Of a DNA stretch of 64,000 bases, positions 1 through 15,737 are shown piece after piece. Under the pieces are notes generated by a model, which saw nothing but the letters and a program-made list of their open reading frames with translations, did no database searches and was not told the origin of the DNA. A program made the position numbers and the translations under genes. Numbering within the stretch: position 1 is the stretch's first letter; every line of letters starts with the position of its first letter. Source of the DNA: Xylographa opegraphella (lineage: Eukaryota); assembly GCA_022813865.1 (NCBI GenBank), contig JALDZX010000048.1, positions 62,001 to 126,000 on the forward strand, given 5' to 3'.

Positions 1-157
1 TCGAGTAGCAAGGAGAGATCAAAGCAGGAGGACAGCTAGCTTCAATATATAATTCGGCAATACTGTCTGTCCGTGACGCCTCGCTGGTACGCTGGGAAGC
101 AGGATCCAGTCGGAAAGCACATTGCAGCATGGATTAGACACCCCGCGGGCGTGGAGC

Positions 158-1536
158 TCAGTGCATCTGGATCATCTCTGGAATATCCTCCATCGCCATC
201 TCTCCTTGGATGATTTCTAAGTAGGATCATTAGCATTTTGCGCCAACATGCCGTGAAAGAACACCCGACTCACTATACACGGCCGTCATCAACGGAAACT
301 CCGCTTCTTTCCCCCTCGACTTGAGGAACGTGTTCACCTCTCGCGCCGTCCCCAGCCCCTGCAAGACCTGCCCGTTCAGCACCTCCTCTGCGATCTCGTC
401 TACGCTTCGGGGCTTCTTCTTGTCACCCTCCTCCTCCAGTTTCTTCTTCTCCTCTGCGGCCATCCGCGCGCATCGGAAGTTTCTGCCGCTGCTGCAGCTG
501 GTGATCAAGTCTGCGACACCGGCCGACTCTTCCGTAAAGGTCTGAGTTCGGATGCCAGAATTGGGGAAGAATGCGTGGCCGAACTTGACCATCTCGAGGA
601 GACCGACGCGCATGATGGCTGCTTTGGCATTGTCGCCCCAACCGAGACCAGAGACGAATCCGGCACCGAGGGCAACAACATTTTTCAGCGCACCGGAGAG
701 GGAGACGGCTGTAACGTCGGAGACGACGTGAACGTGGAAATAGGGGCGATGGAAAAGGGTATGTAAAGTGGTATGATCGAGCGGAGGATAGTTGGGGGGC
801 AGGGCTCGAAGTTTCATCTTCCCTCCTGAGGATGTCTTCTTCTCTGTCAATGCGGTCAAGGACGTCAGGTCGGTGTGGGAAGCATGTGGAGATGGTCCTC
901 TGGGAGTTGCGGTGCGGGACGAATCCATTGGTGGGGGGTCATACGCAACCGTGGTTTCAGAGAACAGTCCCTTGGCTACTTCGGTTGCAATGTTTGCGCC
1001 GGATAGCGCGCCGCAGTAAATACCTAACCTAGCACCAATGGACTCCGAGAAGAGCGAAATATCCGAGGCAGTGACATTGACACCTTTGATGCATGAGACG
1101 CCACGGGCATAGGGAAGGATATGACCTTTGAGTTGATTGCAAAGGTTGTTGATGAACTGGTGAGGTAAGTTGAAGATCAAAACCGTGGAATCCTTAACAG
1201 CGTCTTGGGCGGATGGATTTGCGATGACATTATTGGGGAGCTTGATGTCCGGCAGGTACTTCACATTCTCATGGTAGGTTTTGATAATATCGGTGAGCTT
1301 GTGACTGCTCCCATTATACCTAACCTCCTCTTCAAACACCCACATCTGGACATCGCGTTCAAAAAGGTCGGGATGCTCGGCGGTGTTCTCGGCGACGAGC
1401 TTAGCAATAGTAGAACCCCTTTGGATACCACTATTAGTGGTTGTCATTGAGTCTGGTGATATTGAGACACGTACCAATTGCCTGAACCTAATACCGTGAC
1501 CTTGTGGCGCTTCTCGTAAGGTGCAAGCGTCGCCAT
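158..1536 (-). CDS. GPD1: NAD-dependent glycerol-3-phosphate dehydrogenase (3 exons)
   Basis: Exon 1 (ATG 1536, [21 protein letters not shown]) splices to [12 protein letters not shown]. Motifs [27 protein letters not shown] and [15 protein letters not shown] are present. Last exon [19 protein letters not shown] ends at 158. Confidence 0.96.
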
Positions 1537-2423
1537 CGGAGCGGAGTTCGGGGTAGCAGGAAATGGGAGAAAATATTTGGAGGATGGTAGGTGTATAGAG
1601 AGCTTCGTAGAGCGGCAGATTGGGACAACGGTAGGTCGTCCTGACAGTCGTACTTTTCTAGCAAGCATCAAAAACACTTAGGGAATACGTGAGGACTTGT
1701 ACGACTAATCTTATTTCCAGAGATTTGAAGACCTAATCTACGGGTCTATAAATTGCCCGGCTGGACAGAGACTTTATAGAGCAGTGAGCCATATGGATCA
1801 CTACTGCTTGGTGATTAAGGTACCTTAACGTCTCAACAGGCAAAGCTTGAGGTGTTTTGATTGAGCACATGCACACTTTCCTCGGTTGTTGAGCTGCAGC
1901 TAAATCAAAGCAGGGCACACGGCGATCCGGGCACTAGCGACTAGCGCACACGGACGTCGCTGTCATATCAGAGGCAATAATTGCCGAGGCGTTGACCACC
2001 GTGAAACAATTTTATATTACGGAAACCCACATTTGATGTTTCGAATTCGATGTATTAGATATCTCAGGCAATGTAATGCTAATTATCATAGATATTTGAG
2101 CACATAGGTATGATAGTAGATCGGGCAAAACACATGAAATCAATCCCCTGATCCATTCATAAGCAAGTTAGTATCATTCTCTCGACAGTATGGTCAGAAG
2201 CCTACCTTGTCTCGAGATAGGTTCGGTGGTAGACAGGCTTTCGTCTTTACCTAGCTTAACCTCCAACGATGAAACACACTGGGCCCATGGAATGAAGACG
2301 GCGACGGTTTCCTTTGTCGCACTTCCAGATCTCTTACCAATAATGTGTATTTTGTGCTATATAGAACGCGGAAATGGAAGGCCATGTCTCATACGACACA
2401 AGAAATTGATAAGTTTCGTCTGC

Positions 2424-3520
2424 TCAGACATTTGCCACAGAAGCTGTCAACCTAGCGGCCTCGGCATTCATTCGAGCTGCTTCTTGCATAAGTCGTGCCG
2501 CATTTTGCATCAACCTTGCAGCCTCCAGGCGGATCTCCTGGGGGGTTCTGGGCGGCTGTGGGTTTGCGACGAGAGTCCGTATCCGTGCTCCCAGTGGCGC
2601 CCATTGAAGATGGGCACCGGCCTGTTGCGGGGCCTGACCACCATTGGAGATCAAGGGCTGTGGATGGGATTGCAGCATCATGCTCGGGTCGAGCGTAGTC
2701 GCAACCATTGGATGGCTGGCAATGCTTGCTTCGGTACGAGCTACTGAAATGCGTGAAAGCTGCGGATCCACGACGATGGAGGTGGTTCCTTCTTCAATCT
2801 GCTGTCCAGTAGCAGTTACAGTGCTCGATATAGGTTGGTCCGAAGATTGTGGCAGATCTTCGTGCGGTTGCCAGTCCATAGCTATACTCCCACTAGCCTC
2901 CAAGGCTTGCACGCTCGAGAGGTGGTTTCTCGAGACTTGCTTGGCCAGAGACCTTGAAGTCCTCTTACACCGCACGCTTCGAGTGTGTACTTTGTCACAG
3001 CGCTCGCAGGTTTCTTTCGACTTTGGACATAGGAGCGCTTTCACCTTCTGTGCTTGCCGTAAAGCAATGTCCTGCCCATACTTGTTCTTCACTATCTCGA
3101 TGATAGTTTTAGTAGAAGTATCATCGGTGACTGTCATGTGCTTGGGGACTGCTTCAACCAGGAACTTCAGCTTCGACGCTTCTGCTCGCTTGATATCCTG
3201 GGACGCCGGTTGGGCGGACGATGCGGTACATGAATGAACATTGACACAGGTGGTAACTTTGGCGTATCCTTTCTTTTCGTAAAAGTTGGCCCGGATTCTG
3301 AATGGGCAATTCACCCCGGAACTAGAGGTTCCGCAAACATGTCAACAACGAAACTAGGATACCTTTCAACGATGGAAACCCACCGGCAGCCAGCACGGAC
3401 TCGGTGGATGTCACTATCAAGGATTGCAGGAGTGAAGCCTCTCTCGATCGCCCACTCGTGGAGGGCCTGCTTGAAAGCTTGAAAGGACGGGAATTGTTGA
3501 CCCTGGATGATTGCCGGCAT
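2424..3520 (-). CDS. MuDR/Mutator transposase N-terminal DNA-binding (WRKY/GCM1-like Zn) domain protein lacking a DDE domain; probable domesticated regulator
   Basis: Two exons join to give GQQFPSFQAFKQALHEWAI...RVRAGCRSGVNCPFRIRAN...VTTCVNVHSC (C-x4-C...H-x-C). A low-complexity region and a C-terminal heptad repeat (EAARLMQNAARLMQEAARMNAEAARL) follow. Confidence 0.7.
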
Positions 3521-4477
3521 GTTTCCCGTGGCATTGCAGGGCGTCCAATGTATCCTAAGCTCCCCCTACGTCAATTAATTCCTCCAGCGGTCCACGAACC
3601 GCTTTCGAGATCATAGGTAGGTAATGCAATGTTGCAATAACGCTTGCTTACCCGTAGGATAATATATATACTCACTGTCCCAACTATATTCTCGTTCAAC
3701 AGCACGCAACCTCTAGCGAATCATGAAAGCGTGGCATCAAAGGCAAATTGTCGTCCGAATTAAGTTAGCTCTAGACTACGCTAGTTCCATGTTTCACCGT
3801 AAAAATACGCGAACTTTTCTTTCAGTGTGGATGAATCCATCATATAATCCATTACTCTAAAGGTCTGCGGTCTTGAGGTGCTGTTTGATTGTTCTCTACT
3901 ATGACATGTAGAGACTAGACGGAAGAGCGTTATGATATAAAGGTCAAGGGCTGCAGTCACGATGATGTGTCCACGCAGCATGGTTCGATCAAAGCCGATG
4001 ATCCTCCGGTTGACATAGTACGTCGTACAAACATTCTGGGTTCTGCGGTCTCAGTCGATCTTGTGATGACGATCCTACTGTTGGTACTGTATGATCGGTT
4101 TCCGTAAAACGGTCTGTGGCCCAAGGATTGCTTGTGGAACATGTTATACTCTCCGTTATCGCGTCGGAGATACTGGGTCACTAGGTGCTGATGGAGTAGA
4201 CCATGTATCCGGGTTCAGTACGAACTCCATAAGCACTGACTATCAAGCCTTGGACATCATCGTCGATACTGTGTTTGGAAGCCAACCCGAGTGTTCTTAT
4301 GAGAGGCGGAAGCGCTGTCTTATTGGTCAGCCGGGGTAAGCCCCGCGTGCTCCCTGAACCTACCCACCTACCTGAGCGTCCTTATGCTGTCTACTGTGGG
4401 TTAAGTCCTGTTATTCACTTAATGGCTCGAAGAGTTTGAACGAGAATACTTGAGCTCTGCTCGCATTTCCTTGAAAC

Positions 4478-6804
4478 ATGACCGGAGATACTGTCCCTCT
4501 GGGCGCTCTGCTGCAGAAACTGGAAGCCTCGAAAGCTATCTATGTCGCAAACTTGAACGCAGCCCACGATGCTGTTGTCGCATCACTGAAAGGTAATCAG
4601 AATGATGACGGTGTGGAAGAGGAAACCAGTAATGATTCTCCTGGTCGAATGAACCCCAAAACCAAGCGTGAAGATATACTGCAGACGGAGAGAGATCCCC
4701 TTGATTGCGAACCATTCTATACAGACCATGATCTTCAGGAATTTCTTGGTGATCTGGATGCCCAGCTCCTGTACCAACGTCTCGGACCCAAATCAACTGG
4801 CAAGGGCTTCACGTATGTCTGTAACGGAAGGATCATGGAACCTGTCCCGTTGAAAGAGAGTTTACTAAAGCTTCTCGAACCGTTACCATCACTTGAGTCA
4901 GACGTCGACAGTGGAACGCTCCGTCAGACTCGTGTTAATAACCCAGGCTGGGCCTACAAGGATCTTGTGTCTTCATTCAATGCCGTCTGGTTTACATTTC
5001 TTCATGGTGACCATTCCGGATCCTGGAACTTGTACCATGACGCGGTGTCAGAAGCAAGTCCTCGAAACTTTTGGGAAATGATCAGGGCAAGTATCCGATC
5101 AAGAATGCTGCACCCATGGTACTGATACGTCAAAGCGTGTTGCTCCGCCCGAAGAACCTCAAGCTCCCTATGCGAGAGTTATGTAAGTTTGCATATGTCC
5201 TTCATGGCTACCATGCTGCGTTCGGGCGAAGTTCTTTGCTTACAGTCTCTCAGCGTGGCCGGAGCTCTCAATCCTGATACCGTTCTTTCCTTGCTTGTTT
5301 GCTTGCGGTCACATTTTGAGATGGGTGGCATCTGCTCGGCGCTGTTTACAACCGCCTCCCAGGTATGCAGCGTGCCGTACATACATATACGTTGAGTAAT
5401 TACAGTTAGTACCAGACTGATTTTTGCCTCAATGAAGGCTCGAATCCTTTATGACCATGATGAGCAGGACCGACATTTTGTTCGGTCTTACTTCGCTATA
5501 ACATACTTTTCATCCGAAAGGCACGATATGAATTTTCCGTGGCATGAGAATGGTCCATTCTATGAGAGTCTCGACAGCACAACCGTTACACGTTGCCATG
5601 TTGTGGTGGCTCTTACTGACTGGGAGGACCTCGATCGGAATACTTGCTGGACAATACTGGTCGTTAACACCACTCCTCATACAGTTGAAAGTTCGCTCCT
5701 ACGTCCGAAGTCGTGTAATGGGATTTTGGAATATGTCACACACATCGGCGATGAAATGGATCAGGCCAATCTGAGGATGTCACGATTCTCAGAAACGGTC
5801 TGGAGGACAGTGAAGCTGCCTGTAAGTGAGCAGATCAATCCGATGATTTATAGGAGCTGTATTCCTCTTTTTAAGCATATATACAGAGATCATGCTGATA
5901 GGACGATCGGATAGCGAGACTTCATTTTCAACGAGGATGCTCGAGAAAGGTTATTCTTAGAGGATGCTCAGCTGACTCTCGCACGAAGGTATTTTTGGGC
6001 ATTACAGACATTGAGTATGATAAACGAGAGTCTCAATTCGATCGTGGAAACCTGGGAGAAGCACCAGTCTGCATTTGAGACCAATGATCGACTCCCATAC
6101 TTCCACCGGAAAATGACCCCGAAGGAGACATCAGCTGTCAGGATGGCTACCCAAGAAATTGCCGGCACGATTGACTCAATTGTGAAGCGAATAGCAAAGA
6201 ACGAACAGAGACGGAGCGAGATCATGACTCTGCGGGATGGGGTAAGTCACCACACGAGCACAGATGAGTAGGAAGACGTCGTTTACTGACCTACTGGATG
6301 CGAAGCTGTTGAGCACATCTCAGCTGGTGGAGCATCGAATAGCTAGAACTGAGACTGGGAACATGCGCCGGTTAACCATGGTACAGTTTCATCTGCCCAA
6401 CTGAGCAGATACACTATCTTTATCTTCCAAGTTCTAATGAGCAGCTCCAGGCCTCTATCTACTCCCTTCCATTGTTCATCGCGCCGGTAGCTATTTGTCT
6501 TCCTTGTCCTTTTCCTCCTTGGGCATGTTCTAACACGTCCGTTTGTGCTCAGTCAATACTGGGCATCACAGACTCGAAATTATTCATACAGCTATCAAGG
6601 ATCCGCCTCGCAATTGCCGTGCCTGTAATATGCGTTTCTGCATACCTCACGATCACAGCACTGGATCCGACTGGAGAATCCTTCTTCGGACAAGGCGTCC
6701 GATGGCTGAGAGAGCTTGCTGGCAGACCTAAGGAAGAGCATAGTGATCACAAAACCACGCCAGTACTTGATGGAGAAGCGGCTGCTGGCGAAGGCTATAC
6801 ATAG
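4478..6804 (+). CDS. Multi-exon fungal CorA-like (Mg2+ transporter-like C-terminal) membrane protein, divergent
   Basis: ORF pieces are linked by GT-AG introns. LFLEDAQLTLARRYFWALQTL, a coiled coil, GNMRRLTMASIYSLPLFIAPSILGIT and a second TM helix fit the fungal CorA-like layout; the GMN motif appears as GIT. Confidence 0.6.
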
Positions 6805-7572
6805 GATGACCCTATTTCGCTCTCGGATAAGGTTGGCTTTCAGATCACGGCATGAATATTGAATGAGTCTGCGGTCATAATAAGGGGTTGAATGATACAC
6901 GTTTTAATCAGCTCACGAAAGGAATTAATGAAATTCGCCATTGTTTGGTCAGCGTTCCACTCCTAGATGTAGTAAATAGTATATCAGTGATGCGATAGAT
7001 CCCAATCGAATCACTAAAGTTCGTACCATATACCCCGATATATAGGAAAATAAATCACCCGGCTTCTGCTATAGGTAATTGAAATAGCTGTATCCTTTCG
7101 ATCTTTAATGTACGCTGTGGCGTTGGAGGAGCGCACGAACGGTACTTCGCATTTTTCACGCTAAAATTGTGAGGGAGTACGATCATTAGAATCTTTTGTC
7201 AGTTACACGTTGGTTGGAAAGTGGCAGTCTCGCAGGTAATACTGCTGTGTAGCTTGGAGCTTGGGCCACTTTTAGGACCAGCCAATAATTGTGGCAGCCA
7301 CAAACAGTTGTAATCCCTGCACGAATTGGTCGCAGGGCAACTGCATGTGAAGCACAATCTCGAACATAACACCCTGGTCTCCACCTTCAGCTTCCCTACA
7401 CTCGTCCGAAGCTCCGAACCTGTACATTCTTTCCTATTATTCATCGTTGATTAGAATTCTTGCCACAAGTGGTCTGTATACCTTACGTGCTTGATACCCC
7501 TAGCTGCAATCATTCGAATCGCTGAGCGCCGGCCTGCAATGGGATTATTTTGACATACCCACAACCATTAAG

Positions 7573-10500
7573 ATGGCTTCAAGCTCTCCCGCTGCCTCGC
7601 ACGAGGTCTACCTGCTGCCATTGACTGATAGCGGGGCACCGGATGTACCGGGTGGCTACATCTATTTGCCCGCACCGTCAAGCCCACCGTATGTGGTTCG
7701 CTTTGCCATTGAGGGAACCAGCTCCATATGTCGGAAGGGTAGTTTATGGTGCAATATTCCAGAAGATGGAAAGCCCTTTCAGAGAGATTCTTATCGGGAG
7801 TACAAGTATGTTCGGCAAAGAAATTACCATTGGCACGAACGTGGTTAACTAAGAATCTCAGGCTTCTCCCCGACTTCAGCCGGACACTTGAGATCGACGT
7901 TCCCATAACATCGGCAGGTGCTTTCGCCTTCTACACTACCTACTCGCCTCTACCAGACTTCACTTCGGACGACGTGGCCACCCCGCGGACAACTCGGACT
8001 CCTACATACTACATTGATGTGTCTCCAAAACTTATACTCAACAAAGAACCACTGCCATTGGATGCCTTATCCATTTTCTCGGTCATATCAAAGTTCATGG
8101 GACAATACCCAGTTGACTGGGAGAAACACCTCAAGGGCATTGGACAACGAGGGTATAATATGGTTCACTTTACACCTTTGATGGAGAGGGGAGACTCGAA
8201 TTCGCCGTACAGTATATACAACCAGCTCGGATTTGACCCGCTATGTTTCCCGAATGGCGAGAAAGACATTGTAACAATGGTAGAGTCAATGGAGAAGAAT
8301 CATGGACTTTTGGGTCTGACAGATGTTGTGTGGAACCACACAGCCAACAATAGCCAGTGGCTAGAGGAGCACCCAGAAGCTGGCTACAACATCGAAACCG
8401 CCCCATGGCTTGAATCTGCTTTCGATTTGGATAGTGCTCTGCTAAAATTTAGCAATAGTTTGCGAGGTATTGGGTTACCAACTACACTCACTGGTGTAGA
8501 TGACCTGCTTAGAGTGATGGATGGCATAAAAACACATGTTATTGGCGCTTTGAGACTCTGGGAATATTATGTTGTTGACGTCGAACGGAATGCTGAAGCT
8601 GTCGTTGACAAGTGGGTTAAAGGGTCACCTGTTGTGCCCAAGAATGGAGTTGGAGGTTCTGATGTTAGTGGACTCGAAGGAGCCAAGGACTGGTCACTGA
8701 AAAAGCAAGCCGATTTCATTCTGGAAAACGGTTTCATTGGTGCTGATGAACTTGGGGCTCGATATCATCGACATGTTGACCCCGAGGTTGCCGCCGCTCT
8801 GCTGACCGCGATCTGTGGGCACCACAACGCGGAATCCCAGGGTACTCCTGATGAGTCGATGGCTTCGAAAGCTATTATGAGAGTTCTGGACGAGATAAAT
8901 CTACCATTCTATCGAGAGTATGATGCTGATACCGCAGAGATTATGGAGCAAGTCTTCAATCGTATCAAGTATGTGCGGCTTGATGAGCATGGTCCGAAAC
9001 TTGGTGCAATCACCCGTGAGAGCCCGCTGATTGAATCGTATTTCACAAGGTTACCTCTTAATAGCACAACGAAGAAGCACGACCGTAAAAGTCTGGCGCT
9101 CGTCAACAACGGTTGGATATGGGCCGCTGATGCAATGAAAGATAATGCCGGACCGACCTCTCGAGCTTACTTGCGTCGAGAAGTGATTGTCTGGAGCGAT
9201 TGTGTAAAATTACGATATGGAAAAGGTCCTAAGGACAACCCTTTTCTCTGGGATTTCATGGCGAAATATACGCGGCTCATGGCAAAGTACTTCGCTGGGT
9301 TTCGCATTGATAATTGCCACTCTACACCATTACACGTTGCGGAATATCTCCTCGATGAGGCTAGAAAAGTTAGACCCAATCTTGCTGTCTTCGCCGAGCT
9401 ATTTACTGGTTCAGAGGAGATGGACTTTGTCTTCGTCGAACGTTTGGGCCTCAGTGCACTCATTCGGGAAGCCATGCAAGCCTGGAGTACCGGAGAGTTG
9501 AGCCGGCTGGTACATAGACATGGTGGCAGACCCATTGGAAGCTTCGAAATTGATGAGGTCTCTGGTAACAAAAGAAAGACCTTATCGAACGGCCACATCA
9601 ACGGGGACGAGGGTTTCAAGCACGAAGTTGTGCGGAAAATCAAGCAAAGCCCGGTACATGCGCTCTTCATGGATTGCACCCATGATAACGAGGTGCCAGC
9701 CCAAAAGAGGGATGCGAGAGACACTCTGCCCAATGCAGCATTGGTCAGCATGTGTGCGTCTGCCACAGGGAGTGTCATGGGTTACGATGAGGTATATCCA
9801 CAGTTGGTAGATCTTGTTCACGAGAAACGAATATACACGTCACCATTCTCAGATAATGAAGTCAAGATCGGTGGAGGCGAGGGTGGAATTGGTGGAATTA
9901 AGAAGCTTCTCAATCAAATTCATTCCATGATGGGTAAGGATGGCTATGACGAGACTCACATACATCACGAGGGAGAATATGTTACAGTACATCGTATGCA
10001 TCCCAAAACCAGAAAAGGATACTTCTTGATCGCCCACACCGCTTTCCCGGGCTATGGTAATAGTACCGGGTCGTTGAGTCCAGTACGACTTACCGGTACT
10101 AAAGCCAAAGCTTTGGGAAGCTGGTCGCTGGAAGTTGATACCAGGGACGACATCAAGCAGGCCATAATAGCTGACAATACTTCTCTGAGAGGGCTTCCTA
10201 GCCGGGTTACTGAGATTACTAGTGTATCCATGGAGGATACGACTGACGCGACCGTTCTTAAAATCCAAGGAGAATTTCCACCCGGAAGTGTCGCACTGTA
10301 CGAAACCTGGATACCCAGTGCCAAGCATTCAGATGGACTTGATAAATTTGTTACGAGCGGTGCTGATGATGCATTTGGCTCATTAAGCCTCGTGGACTTG
10401 AATTTTGTCCTCTACCGATGTGACGCCGAAGAACGTGACTTTAGTGGTGGTCGAGATGGCGTGTATAGCATTCCAAACCATGGGCCACTGGTCTACGCGG

Positions 10501-12371
10501 GATTGCAAGGCTGGTGGAGTGTGGTCCGAAATATCATCAATAGTAATGATCTCGGACATCCGCTTTGCAATCACTTGCGGGACGGTCAATGGTCTTTAGA
10601 CTATGTAGCCGGTCGATTGGAACGACTAGCCAAAGATGGAGGCTTCCACACTTGCTTAAAGCCAACTGAGTGGCTTGTGGAGCGATTTGCCGCCATTCGA
10701 AAGATCCCAAATTTTCTCTTGCCTCGGTATTTTGCTCTTATGATCCAAACTGCCTACAACGCTGCTTGGGACCGAGGAATGCAGCTCTTGGGTGATGACG
10801 TTCAACATGGACAGCTGTTCTTGCAACAGCTTTCCATGGTAAGTATTCAACAAACAGGTTATGTGAAGTCATCGTCATTGTGGCCGACGAAGAGCGTTCC
10901 TTGTTTAGCGGCAGGTCTACCTCATTTCTCTACCGATTGGGCGAGGTGTTGGGGCCGAGATGTATTTATATCACTGAGAGGATTGTTCCTCGGAACTGGT
11001 AGGTATCAGGATGCGAGAGAGCATATTTTAGCGTTTGCGAGTGTATTGAAACACGGCATGATTCCGAACCTGCTCAGTGCAGGAAAGCTACCACGCTACA
11101 ACTCAAGAGATTCGATATGGTTCTTTCTGCAGAATATTCAAGACTATACGAATATGGTGCCCGATGGACTGGCAATCTTGAAGGAGAAGGTCCAGCGGCG
11201 CTTTCTCCCTTATGACGATACTTATTTTGAATTTGATGATCCACGCGCATACTCGAAGTCGTCAACCATTGAGGAAGTCATACAGGAAGCGTTGCAAAGA
11301 CATGCCACTGGACTTTCGTTCCGCGAAGCGAATGCAGGAACAAATCTCGATATGCAGATGAAGTCCGAAGGCTTCCAAATCGATATCAACGTTGACTGGG
11401 AGACTGGAATCATCTTTGGTGGAAGTCAACACAACTGCGGAACCTGGATGGACAAGATGGGTGAAAGTGACAGAGCCGGAAGCAAAGGTGTCCCTGGTAC
11501 TCCTCGTGACGGCGCGGCTGTCGAGATCACTGGTCTTTTATATAGCACGCTGACCTGGGTTGCTAAGCTACACAAGGAAGGGAAATACCAATATGATGCT
11601 ATCATGACCAGTTCATACGACAAGGTCTCCTTTGCAGATTGGGCGTCGCGAATTCAGAAGAGCTTCGAGCGATGTTATTATGTGCCACTTGATACTAAAG
11701 AAGACCAGAACTTTGATGTCAACAGCAGGATAGTGAACAGACGAGGCATATACAAAGACCTGTACCGCTCGGGTAAGGAGTACGAGGACTATCAACTTCG
11801 TCCAAACTTTCCTATCGCTATGACTGTTGCTCCGGACCTTTTCACGCCTTCGCGCGCTCTCCAAGCTCTGGAGCTAGCAGATTCTGTCTTGCGTGGCCCA
11901 ACGGGTATGGCTACACTCGATCCTGCGGATCTCAACTACCGGCCTTATTACAATAACTCCGAAGATTCGACAGACTTTGCGACTAGTAAAGGACGGAACT
12001 ATCACCAAGGCCCTGAGTGGCTGTGGCCCACCGGCTTCTTCCTTCGGGCGCTGCTCAAGTTCGACATCATGCGACGCAAAACGAAGGAAGAGCGGACGGA
12101 AGCTTTCCAGCAGATCACCAGACGGCTGCACGGGTGCAAGAAGGCCATCACGGAGAGTCCATGGGCGGGGCTCACGGAACTAACGCAGAAAAACGGGGAG
12201 TTTTGCGCGGACTCGGTGAGTGTTCTGGATTTTTTGACGTGTGAAAAAGACATTTGCTGATTGTGACGGTTGCAGTCCCCTACTCAAGCTTGGTCCGCTG
12301 GTTGTTTGATCGATTTGTTTTACGACGCCAAGGAACTCTCGATGGAATTGTCAAAAGCGGGTGCACGATAG
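7573..12371 (+). CDS. GDB1: Glycogen debranching enzyme (4-alpha-glucanotransferase / amylo-1,6-glucosidase)
   Basis: Motifs DVVWNHTA, GFRIDNCHSTP, DCTHDNE, RCWGRDVFIS, CGTWMDKMGES and NYHQGPEW. Short first exon from 7573 and last exon SPTQAWSAGCL...* ending at 12371. Confidence 0.97.
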
Positions 12372-12825
12372 GGTTTCTATTCCTTTCGTGATCGCTCAGG
12401 ACATGGTGCTCGCGCTTCCCTGGTCGTATGGCCCTGCGGACTGGACAGGCATCAGAGGAAAATATTGCACCCTACCGTTGATCCGGTTCGGAACAATTGC
12501 AGCATGGCTCCCTGCATACATACATAGATAGACCTTAGACCGGAGCGCTAGATAGACATGCCCATACATTTTTTGATCCTCATTCAAGCACTCGAATGGA
12601 GAATTAAAGTGCCTGTACAAATACTCCACCATGCCCGCGCAGGCTCGGAAGCAGATCCATTCCGGTCCACGTGCCGTCTAGGTATACAGCATCTTCTACT
12701 CTAGCCCGAACCAAAACTTTTCCCCAAAAACGCCTCTAGTATTGCAAGCCGCCCTCGCACACAACGGACTGAGCGCGCCGAATCACAAACCCAATGAGAT
12801 TACCCACCCCGGGCCCTTGGGGGTA

Positions 12826-14305
<1,480 letters not shown>

Positions 14306-15737
14306 GGTAGCTACAGAGATCTCCGACCTTCGTGCTCGAGTATGGGTTTTATTGAAGAAAAGGCGAATCTTCAAAAAAATTAATTGCGCGCTAAGGAGAT
14401 TCCCCGGATTTCGGGATGACGTCGGATGAACCAATCACAGGGCGGGCTCATTCGCCCACGGTGAAGTCTGGATATTTGGAGTCTACTTCAGTTCACTGCT
14501 GATGTATTTGATGAAACGTCTGCGATTAATCGCAGTAAACGACTGCATTTGGTATCTATGGATGGTGAACGAACGAGGTCGCCAGCATTCATAAAGCTTC
14601 GAGACATTCTAGCAAGACCACCCCTTCTCCAACGTTCTCACGATCGAAAATCCACGATAAGGCTCACCCACTCCGGTGCCAATACTTGCCCCACGTCAGG
14701 CTCCACTGAAACAGTAGTTATAGCATCTGACTGCAGTAATTCGGGTGACTCCGTCTCACACCCCTAAAGGCTGGTACACAATACCACACTGCTCCCAATC
14801 CAGCAAGCATATTTCGTTTCGGCCTTGATCTCTCATTGGACAGAGACAGCTCGATCGCTAAGGTATCTTACATATAGATGTTCTCGTTTCAGCTCCTGCC
14901 CCACCAACTCATTTCTAAACATCATGCGTCACGAGACTCTCTTTCATAGTATTTGGTTGCGGAAGTGATGTCGATAATCACCCTAGCGTAAAGACCGTTC
15001 AATAAGCAGAGTACTCCTATCTTCCTTGGGAGCGGTACCCCAGACGACGTTGGGGCATCTCAAGAAACGATATGTCCTGCTAGCAGAGAGAGAGATATTG
15101 CATTGCCACTTAGCACAACCAGAATAGCGAAAGAAGCTGTACCAGCTACATCTTATATGTTATAAGAATTAGGGTAGATAGTGACTGAGATATGAGGGTG
15201 TCACAGTGATCAAGTACAAGCATTGCAACACAGAACCCAACAATATGGGTAAACGTCATAATCGCGTTAAGATATGATTGAAGAATGATTGATTATGTTT
15301 AGCGAAATCGTCACCCTCAAGATGAAAATGGCTGAGGCCATCGATGTAGCACACCGATTGAGCGACTTGCAACTGGTAAAGTCATCCAATATCTATCGCT
15401 TTAAAGAAATCAAGCACGATTGAATCGCCTGGACAGTAATCTATCGGGCGTGACGAGAAGTCGGAACTCACTGAGATGTAAGGAGATAGAAGCTCACTGT
15501 GATGTATTTGTGTGTAGAGAAGATACAGTAGAGACGTTGAGGTCCGGTCGAATACAGCGGGACGACTGAGCACGGTCCAGCAGTGAAGCGAACGAATCAA
15601 ATGCAAGGAGAAATGATGTTTTTAGATCCCGAAGCATCACCACCTCTTCACCCAACAGCGAATCCGCGATTGCACCCCACTCTCGCTCTCTTGTGAACTT
15701 TCCTTTGTCTTAGATCTATCTTGCTGCATCTGAGACG

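Noticed and set aside
14410..14750. CRE-like ATGACGTC, CCAAT and TGACTC (CpcA/Gcn4-like) motifs upstream of ARO3
   Set aside because: Plausible, but such short motifs occur by chance; not supportable without conservation data.
14500..15650. Possible small gene, relic or ncRNA between ARO3 and CYT1
   Set aside because: Only short broken frames; no recognisable protein, snoRNA or telomerase-template signature that I can support.
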